Position numbers and translations under genes: made by a program. Shown here piece by piece: positions 33,227-41,630 of a stretch of DNA of 41,630 nucleotides. The notes under the pieces were generated by a model. It was not told the origin of the DNA. It made no database searches and saw nothing but the letters and a program-made list of their open reading frames with translations. Source of the stretch: Perkinsus chesapeaki ATCC PRA-425. Its lineage: Eukaryota > Protista > Perkinsozoa. Position 1 is the stretch's first letter. The number at the start of each line of letters is the position of its first letter. The stretch spans positions 1 to 41,630 of the forward strand of contig JAAPAO010000298.1 in assembly GCA_013115145.1 (NCBI GenBank), written 5' to 3'.

Positions 33227-36200
33227 ATGTCTCCAGATATCCGTCTCACTTGCCCTCCTCTATGCCCACTGGTGTCCCGTTGGTTCTACTACTATCCCTT
33301 TGCCAACGTCCCTCCACGTGACCTTTGTGCATCTGCTCGTGGTAGTGGTCCTAGTATATCAACGAGAGCACTGCTACTCGGTTGTGGTGATATGGTATCT
33401 GTTGCCCACACCTTGCTCCTCAATCAGGCTTGTGCTGAGGCAGAGGCTTGGGCATCGACACCGCTGCAAGCGATCTGTTGCGATACAGAGCCTGCTATCG
33501 TTGCTCGTAACCTAGTCTACCTCCAACTGTTGCACAACTTCATGGGGAACAACGACAACACCCTATCCCCTAGAGATGCTTTGATAGCTTGGGAGGCCGT
33601 CTACAGTAAGGTCGTGGAAGGAAGGGAGATTCAGTTCTAAAGTATGATACATTAGCACGCAATGCTAAGATCCTCGAACTTGAAGATCTGTCCATGGCCA
33701 TCACTGATTACCTTGAGAAGGGCTATGTTAGAATAGAGGATGGTCACCTGCTGCCGGATGTGTCACCGATTGATGCCACCAATAGGGAAATTATCAACCC
33801 AACCTTCTTGGCTGATGTGGTAGACTTCTCCACGGCCTATCGCTTTAAGTCATATAAGACCGCCACGGCCGAAGATATTGCTAAGGTTTGGCGGGTGCAT
33901 TACTCATCTCATCCGTTCTATTCGATACCACCTGAGCTATGGAAGGTTTATGATGAAGCTGGTTCCTGGTCTACCAGGTTTGTCGACCGCCGAGGTGGGA
34001 GACCTCATCGATTGTCCCCCTCTGAGATCTGTTTCGAGATGTTCTCCTTGAGGTCTGAGGCACTAGGTAAGGCTCTGATGAGTGGCAAACATATGATAGT
34101 ATTACACTGCGGAGATGCGCTCAAGTTGTGCGATGCGCTGGCCCCTCACCCACGCGTCTAGAGCATGTCAGACGTTGGCTCGATGAATGACTTGCTGGAT
34201 GATTTGAAGGCTATTGGTCCCCCAAATACTTTTGATACGATTGATACCTCCAACTTGGCTGATGACCTCGGTGCCTTACCGATACTGCTTACCACGGCTC
34301 CTCTACTGGCGATTGATAACCCCAGAGCTGTGTTGGCAACAGATCTTATGAAGGGGGTGGGAAAGGATGATAGCGAAATACTGAAGAACTCCCTAGGCTC
34401 GATCCCATTATGGCTTATACCGTACGCTATCGGTGTGCAACTAGATTGTATACGATCATATGAGCATCGTGATAGTCGTGGTAAGGCAGACCCCACGAGC
34501 AGCTGGACAGCGTATCCAAGATCATATCTGGAACAGGTGGATGCTTCTGCTGGTCCTATTAATGCATCTCCTAAGGAGATTCTCCTTACCGCATGCGATG
34601 GAGGAGATGTTACCTTAACTTTGATAGAATATGCATTAGTGACTCGCCAGAGATTGAAAATATAATACACAAGGCATTGGACCTTGCCACTACATCTGGT
34701 GGACGTGTGCATCCTCTTGGAGTTCCAACAGTTGTCCGTTTCCTGGATGCTCTATTCCGCTCTGGATGCCTCACTGCACGGCTCAAAGAGGATAGTCTGT
34801 TATTAATATCAAATGTTATGGTCAGTAAAGCAGTGGTTAAGACACCCTTCTCGATGATACCACACTATACTCAAGGTTACCAAGCTTTATGCTGCATCAA
34901 TGGTCTGACCACATACCGAGACCTCTATGGAGAGAATATACCCTTAGTTGAAGCTGTACTACAGGTATCTTCTGACTGGAGATCACAACGGCATGGTTCC
35001 CTTGGAGGAATGCTGGGCTTGGGTAAATGCAATGATAGTTGTGATCGGCCAGACTACAGATTTGTGGATGTTATGTTCGCATATGGTGTTGGTAGGCAGG
35101 TTACCTTTACAGGATATATGTTAGAAGATGATAGAGTACACGTTATCATGCCTGATCATGTATCAACTCAGCCTGTATTGTCGGTCAGTATTACGGCCAC
35201 TGGAATCCTACCAGACATCATCACAGTGTCAGCGTGTGTGGTGTCTAGGGTCAGGATACCATCGACAATGTACAGCATGACTCCACCTACCCCCTCGAGT
35301 CTACCTATGCCTTCTCTATATACTGTGATGCACTGGCTCCCTGATGGTGCTGGACGCTTTAAGATCAGACTCGTTGATGAGGCCCTTCTAGTCGCTCTCC
35401 GAAAGAATGATCCAGTGAGATGCCTGGTTGAAGCAAGCAGCCGTCCAAATATCCTTGTTGTCATCACGGGAGATGTAACTCTGGCTAGGGTATCCATGCC
35501 GGTCGAGGTTTCGGTAAATGATGTCCACTTGCGGGTTTCGAGGTCATCTGGGACGCTTGATATCACCGTCCCGGTTATGTTTTGTTGTCCTCTTACTGCC
35601 CTCTCCACCAGAAGATCCTTACCACGGTCAGTCTCTGGTCGTACAAGGGTCGGCCAGGTCCTGGACCCCATTCCAAAGCTCTCTGATGAGACCCTCAGTT
35701 CTCTCGAGGGATCAAACCCTTGGGCCGCGTTGTGGCTCGGATCACTAGGATTACCTGTCCGAATAGCTAATGTAGAGAGCCGGGGTTTATGCCAACTACG
35801 CATGAATCTATGTAGACTCTTTCTTGATACTCTGGGACACCGAGCTGAAGGCCAGGCCTGGGGTGGAAGGGCTATCGTTTCTCTACTACACAAAGGATCT
35901 AGTGATGTTATACTTCTCATGTCAAGAGATGTCAGTTTCGACTGGACGTATGGCTTCACCATCCGTGCTGGAGTGTGCATCCTTAAGCCGGAGACCGTTT
36001 TCCAAGTTGCCCCGGAAGTCGTTGAGCTAACGTATTTGAAGTGCTCTACAGACGACAACTGTGATGAATTTCGCTACTGGACTGAGGAGTACCTTCCAGC
36101 GGCCATCGAGCTTGCTAGTCTGAGTCGAAGCAATGTCGACACAGCATCGACCGGCTTTTGGAAGGGTTGGCTCGGCTGGAAGGACATACCATTATCGTCT

Positions 36201-36623
36201 ACGTGCATAAGCTTCTTCTCGCCTGCTATCCTGTTCCCGCTCGGCTCCCCTGTTGTCGCTCTAAATGCAGCGAACTCACTATCTTTTGGAGAGAGAAGAG
36301 ACTTGGTAACCGGGGCTGACCTGCGGGGCACGCCGGAGGACTTCGAGGAGTTGCAAAAGAGAGTAGAGAGAATAACGCAAGAAAGATGTCCACAACGTCC
36401 ACCGCAGCAAGCCCCGCATCTAGCCAGCTCTTCATCATCCGTACCCTCGCAAGCCTGTGGTATCCCATCCCCGAAATGCCCTCTCTGTGTGGTGTGCCAT
36501 AAACCAGGGAATAGCCGCTGCTCTCGATGCAAGAAGGTCTATTACTGCGGTGCGCAATGCCAACGAGTAGACTGGTCGAAACATAAGAAGACAGAGTGCC
36601 TAGAAAGTCTGATCCCTCGTTAA
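33227..36623 (+). CDS. DUF4470-domain plus C-terminal MYND zinc-finger protein; about 4 exons; start uncertain
   Basis: YPFANVPPRDL, LLLGCGD, CCDTEPAIVARN, GDALKLC, FDTIDTSNLADDLG and MYND CVVC...CSRC...YYCGAQCQRVDWSKHKKTEC. The four tracked ORFs can be joined by ~29-32, 54 and 35-nt GT-AG introns. Confidence 0.8.
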
Positions 36624-37011
36624 GGTGAGCTTCCTAGCACTATTAGGTATGCGCCATTGTCCTTTTCAGATGCCGAGACTGTAATCACCCAATCAACTAG
36701 CGGACGTAAGAAGCTTTGCTACTCCCTAAGACATGATATCACTTCCCCATCGGGTACCAAATCTTAACTACAAAACTATAGAAATAAATGTGACACATTT
36801 TATAACTCCTTACCGTATTTTCCTTACTTGTTGTTGAGTCTTGTGTTCGAAGTGGATCGCAGTTACTAATCGCAAAACCCTGAGCCCAGTCACGTAGTAA
36901 TTGAGCAACCCTCCGTCCTGATAAGCAACCCGAGAATGACAAACCTTGCAGCCTTTGTACAATTGTTCGTATCTTCCACGATAGTTAATTTTTTACGCCA
37001 AGGTCTATCCC

Positions 37012-39645
37012 ATGAATCGACTAGTTGAGGCCTTCTCTGCAGCCAAGAACGGCGTCACCGACACCAAGGTGAGTGCCATGGGATGCAGATTCTTAGGAAG
37101 TTTCCTCCCAGGCCAAGGCGAAGAAGTCACCGGCTCGTGTGTATAGATTCCACACCCGGGAAGTTGCAGAGGAGCGGCCACTGTCTGAGGGTAACGAAAG
37201 ATTTCCCAGCGAGATTTAGATTATGAACTGTGTCAGGTGGCTTCGCTTATGTCAGCTTGATGAAGGATGTTCATACTGGTCGAAGCTATGCTATGAAAAA
37301 GATGATATGTACAGTAGGTTGATACATACCCGCTGAGGGCATTGTTATATTGCAGGATAGGACCCGGTATCAGATGGCCCTCCACGAGTGTACCATTTTA
37401 GAGTCATTGGTTGGGCATCCTAATATAGTAAATTGCTATGGGCATATTATTGAGCAAGGTACAAGCAGCTAATGATGAATTCATTGCCATCAACCCTTAT
37501 GATAGGTGAGCAGCCTGGCTCAAAGGATGTTTGTTTGCTGCTTGATTATTGTGATGGTGGTCATTTGCTTGACCTACTAGATCGGTACCATGGCCGAGTA
37601 CCAACAGCCACCATTGTGAGTTCGGTGTACAATGCCTACTTCTACTCAAGTCGGATATTCAGGTAAAGGTCATGAAAGACCTTATGTCTGCAGTTAACAT
37701 TTTACATACTCAAAAACCTCCAATCCAGCATCGGGACTTGAAGGTCGAGAACGTCCTGTACAATTCAGCGAGTGATTTATATACATTATGCGACTTCGGC
37801 AGTGCTACTACTAGAGAATACCCTGACCCAAGCTCTTTATCAAAGGCACAGATGGCTACGTTAGAGGAGGATATACAACGTTACACTACCCTTATGTATC
37901 GACCACCTGAAATGGTAGATCTTTACACTGGCCTACCTATAACAACCAAATCTGATATATGGATGTGTGGCTGTAGGCCGCCTTAACAGCTAACCTAGGC
38001 TTCTGCCACTGCCAACTTGTTGTGTAGGTATACTCTTCACTCTTATATGTTACCGGCACCCCTTTCAAGATCAATCAGTCTTGGCAATATCAAATGCAAG
38101 GTAGCGACTTGCAAGAGTCTTTGTCACTAGTCAGCTCATCAGATATAGTATCGACCCTGAAGCTGCAGAGCGACATCCTCGGCCTCTCTCTGATCTATGC
38201 CGATGGATGCTGTCACGTGAGCCTACCACAAGGCCTACTGCTCAACAGGTAAGGCTGTATACTACTTCATAAGCCTTATGCTCGCCAGGTGTTGGATGTC
38301 TTGGAAAACTGGAATCGGGTAGCCATTGAAGGCTTGACGATTCCACATGCAAACGATGACTCTGTGAAAGGTAGTCAGTTCTCTGTTGCTGATTGCCAGC
38401 CCACCGACATGATTGTCTTGTTGCCCAGGTGCCAGTGCAGCGACTGCTTGTCTAGCTGTTCCCTCGCAGGGTAAGGGTGATGAATCATATCAATCTAAAT
38501 TCTTTTTAGGGAAGAGAACACGGAAGCATCAAAAAAGACGACCTAAGTCAGTAGAACCACCATCTATACAAGCATCACCGTCATCGTCATCTGATGAGGG
38601 CAGGGAAGTACATTCAGCTCCGGATTGGAGCATACCATCCGATGATGGTGAGCGGCCAGCGAGGCGGGGGGCTTGACTTCTACATCACTTCTAAGAGTTT
38701 TTATCTGCTCTTGCTTCAGCCGAGCTCCCGTCATGGCAAGCGTTTCAGCCAGACTCCCAGCCTTCTTCCTCACCAGAGCAGTCGGGTCCGGCTCCTACTA
38801 CTGGTAAGAACGCTTCGCTACCAGTGACCACAAAGCCCTGCTATAGGTGACTGGAAGTCATTCACAGACCCTCATCCGCTAAGAGAGCTCTCCCCGCCTG
38901 CCGATTTCGATGCTAATGCTCCACCTCTGTGTAGGAAATTCACCGCTTTTCCTGTTCTTGGTGGCTAGCACCCTGGTTCTGTTTTAGCCTCTACTGCACC
39001 CGCCGCCGTCGCCACGTCCTGGGGCACCGCCGCCGCAGCCTTCGTTTCCTCACCCACTGTCCAGCCAATCTCCACACCACCTTCAGGTAGGGCAGAGCAG
39101 TTTAGGGCGTTCCTGGCCATCTTTGTGGAACATCTTGTCGGTATGCCATCAGGTGATTCTCTACCAGCTTGGACAGCCTTCGGAGGCTCCCCATCATCCG
39201 CACCTCCCGCTGCTGCACCCACGGTGTCTTTGGTGAATGATACAAGCCAATTCACAACAGGAACTGATGTGTGGAGTAACTCTCCTATGAAAACAGCTAA
39301 CGACAGCACTACCAGTGAGGGGTTACTTTCCGGTTAATCTTTCGGAATTTGGGACCATTTAGACCAGTGGAACGCTTTCAATTGTAATTCAATGCAAGTT
39401 AACGAGGGTGGACGAGAGGCTCAGACTGAGGTAAGATGCAAAGTTGGTAATTTCAATCTGTTACTACACATTTGAATTGCAGAGTGGGCAACCTGCCGAA
39501 GTGAAGACTACGACAGACTTAATAAGACTAATTGATGGCAACGGTGCCACAAGTCCAGTAAATACAGATAACATGGTAAGCTGTTGACCTTTATCAGTTA
39601 CACGCTATTGTCTCGTTGTAGGTTGTCCAGAGCCCTCCGGGATGA
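37012..39645 (+). CDS. NAK-family (AAK1/BIKE/GAK/Ark1-like) Ser/Thr protein kinase with a long S/P/A-rich tail; multi-exon
   Basis: LSEG|GFAYV, AMKKM, GHPNIV, HRDLKVENVL, LCDFGSAT and YTTLMYRPPEMVDLY...KSDIW. Predicted last exon 39622-39645. Confidence 0.88.
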
Positions 39646-40024
39646 ATCCAGTAAATTATTAGCAATAATTGTTCACTTAACTGGGCCCATTGAATCATCA
39701 ATATTTGTTCCTTGTATAAGATTGTCATTCATCATCATCATTCAAGTTTCAATTGAGGCATCCTCTCAAGCTCTTGCTTTCTGATGGGGGATTAGTAATA
39801 ATTAAGAGGGTTCCAGGTATGCCATGATATTACAATACATTTAACGTGCCACTCGCTAGCTCATCGTGCTGCCTGTGCGTTTCGATAGTTGAACCACCTT
39901 CCTTGATTATTTTTCTTGTCAATTAATCTTCTTGTCAGTTGTTTGCTATCGTTGTATCTTGTGGGTAACCAGCAAGCCCGTGCCACTGACAAGATATCAC
40001 TCTCTATCATTGAGCTCTACTATA

Positions 40025-40303
40025 ATGGGAAATACAATACCATGCCGTGGCGGTATCAAACCACTAAGTCCAAAGGGCCGTCTTGCCCCTATTGATGATA
40101 TCTATGCAATAGATTCCCCATCTGAGCGACTAAGGTTAGCTAGGCGTCGTAGGGAAATGCTGGTAGCAAGGATCAGCGGTATATCATCATCGGCAACAAC
40201 AACAAGTAGTTCTAACTCGGACCTTGACACGATAGCTCAGCATTCAACTACTAGTTTCCCTCGCAAGTCGCGCCGGAAGGGTCGGACTCTCCGACTCAAG
40301 TAA
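40025..40303 (+). CDS. Small basic hypothetical protein (MGNTIPC...), possibly spliced further
   Basis: 92-codon ORF, Arg/Ser-rich. Gly2 and Cys7 suggest acylation, but Pro6 is a poor myristoylation context. A GTAACT donor overlaps the stop. Confidence 0.35.
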   Translation: MGNTIPCRGGIKPLSPKGRLAPIDDIYAIDSPSERLRLARRRREMLVARISGISSSATTTSSSNSDLDTIAQHSTTSFPRKSRRKGRTLRLK

Positions 40304-40810
40304 CTGTCTATTTATGTATGCCTTCTGTCAACTATCCCTCTACTGCGAGATGCTCCTCGTGGTTCTGCTGTTTTAGTCTATCTTGCAGGTATAGTCGTAT
40401 ACCACTTCATTACTGGCTCTACTTATCGAATCGTTAATCCCTATTGACCACTCACATTGTTACATCCCATCTATCGTATCGAGTAACCCTTTATTCAGTA
40501 ACCGTGGAACTGCCATCACCACTGAGGCGTTATTGGCCCCTGTGTGAGCCATTCCTATGCCATAGGTTTCCTATTGCATCATCCATATTCTTTCCTCTTT
40601 ACTGTCCAACAAAGGGTCCTATTTTATAGTCCTTGCTGCTGTTAGTAAACCCTAACACATGTTGAGTTTTCCTTTAATCATTGAGACTCGGATGCATAAC
40701 GATTGACAGATGGTGGACGACAGACGTTACACTTTATACTTCACGAAAATCGTTCTCGTGAGCTGTTCAAGCTGTGGTCTAGTTGGCCGTAGCTATTTGC
40801 CGTTTTTCGA

Positions 40811-41630
40811 ATGGCTACTAGATGCTTACGTTGCATAGTAGGCGATGACAATTCGCCCATCAGTGATCCCCATCGAGCACCGCTAATGTCTCCGAGAGAG
40901 AGGGTGACATTAAATCCATGCGAGAAGTTTAGACGGCATGGGTTGTGGCCGTGGAGACTTACAATTCACATATGTCTTGCTATTCTTACAACCGCTATGG
41001 TGTAGGTGAAGGAAGTACACCTATTCGATAAGTGTTACTCGTGTAGGTGCATTTGGACCAAAAATGACTGCCTTCACGCGAGGCACGCTTTAAGGCATTT
41101 TTACACAGGTTTTATAGGAGTATCAGGAAATCCAGGAGAACGTGAACGATGTAAGGACCTTTTCATCAACATGCACAGTGACCATGCCCGTGGAGGAGCC
41201 TGATAACGCTCAACACCCATAGCATCCAACTTCGCAGAATTATGCGTCGCCCTATGCTCCCTGGATACATTCACCCTTAGATGCATCCACGGCATTGGAG
41301 CTAGCATCGTTGTGTAACCAGACTCTAGACCATTACTGGCACTTGGATAGCAGAAGCCTTTCAGACTTCAGGTCAGCAGCCCATGCTTCGCCTTCTCAGC
41401 TTGCGAGCTCCAAACTCTCTATTCCGCCCTTCGCAATTGTACTCGCTCATGTGTCTATTCCGGAAGCCTTTAGAATATGTACCTATTTCCCCACTGGAGG
41501 GTCACTATTCATTAGACACCTCTCTCGACCATTGGTGCTTGACATATTTTATCTCAATGGTGAGCATCAACGACTAACTCTTCATGAGGACTGGGTCCAT
41601 GATCCAGTTTACGGTCACTTGATAAATTCT
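40811..41630 (+). CDS. Mucolipin/TRPML (polycystin-family) cation channel-like protein; 3'-truncated by the window
   Basis: LNPCEKFRRHGLWPWRLTIHICLAILTTAMV resembles the TRPML pre-S1/S1 motif (MNPCEKxR...PWKL). It splices in frame to CIWTKND...LRHFY. Confidence 0.72.

Noticed and set aside
34159-34161. In-frame TAG in the DUF4470 gene suggesting readthrough or a pseudogene
   Set aside because: A 54-nt in-frame GT...AAG intron (GTCTAG...TTTGAAG) removes it and joins PHPR|AIGPPNTFDTIDTSN. This is more parsimonious, though it needs cDNA.
34593-34680. Apparent frameshift between DUF4470 ORFs
   Set aside because: A 35-nt GTGACT...CACAAG intron joins IEYAL|ALDLATT in frame.
35168-36058. 296-aa antisense ORF (also 8948-9277, 34158-34712, 36074-36532)
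   Set aside because: Antisense to well-supported GC-richer CDSs, with no motifs; expected shadow ORFs.
1-41630. Stop-codon reassignment, given the many TAG/TAA between coding fragments
   Set aside because: The stops fall inside GT-AG introns whose removal restores conserved motifs. Genes end in TAA, TAG and TGA alike.
1-41630. Mobile elements
   Set aside because: No reverse transcriptase, transposase, LTR or terminal inverted repeat was recognised by eye. Short non-autonomous elements cannot be excluded without a repeat library.

Overview
Gene-dense, intron-rich eukaryotic DNA. Introns are mostly ~35-55 nt GT-AG, so the ORF track shows only exon fragments; I assembled the genes by eye. The organism is inferred to be a myzozoan alveolate, most plausibly Perkinsus or a relative. 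The basis is a Toxoplasma-type long ATP synthase subunit d, tiny canonical introns and tight gene packing. Gene order: ROK1/DDX52 DEAD-box helicase (5'-partial, +), TrmO (+), coiled-coil hypothetical (-), PDX1 (+), four intronless ENT/SLC29 transporters (one -, three +), a SAP-domain plus NSF-like AAA+ ATPase with a mitochondrial-type presequence (-), hypothetical (-), ATP synthase subunit d (+), a membrane-anchored ROK/polyphosphate-glucokinase-like kinase (+), CAP (+), Pus1/TruA-type pseudouridine synthase (+), a 33-bp minisatellite, a DUF4470-MYND protein (+), a NAK-family kinase (+), a small basic ORF (+) and a mucolipin-like channel (3'-partial, +). The two most unusual loci are nearly invisible in the ORF track. 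One is the presequence-SAP-single-AAA ATPase (15753-18741). The other is the membrane-anchored, motif-divergent ROK-family kinase (23402-26196). No rRNA, tRNA, CRISPR array or transposon could be supported. Family assignments come from motif recognition and memory, not database searches. Splice models are manual and unverified by transcripts.
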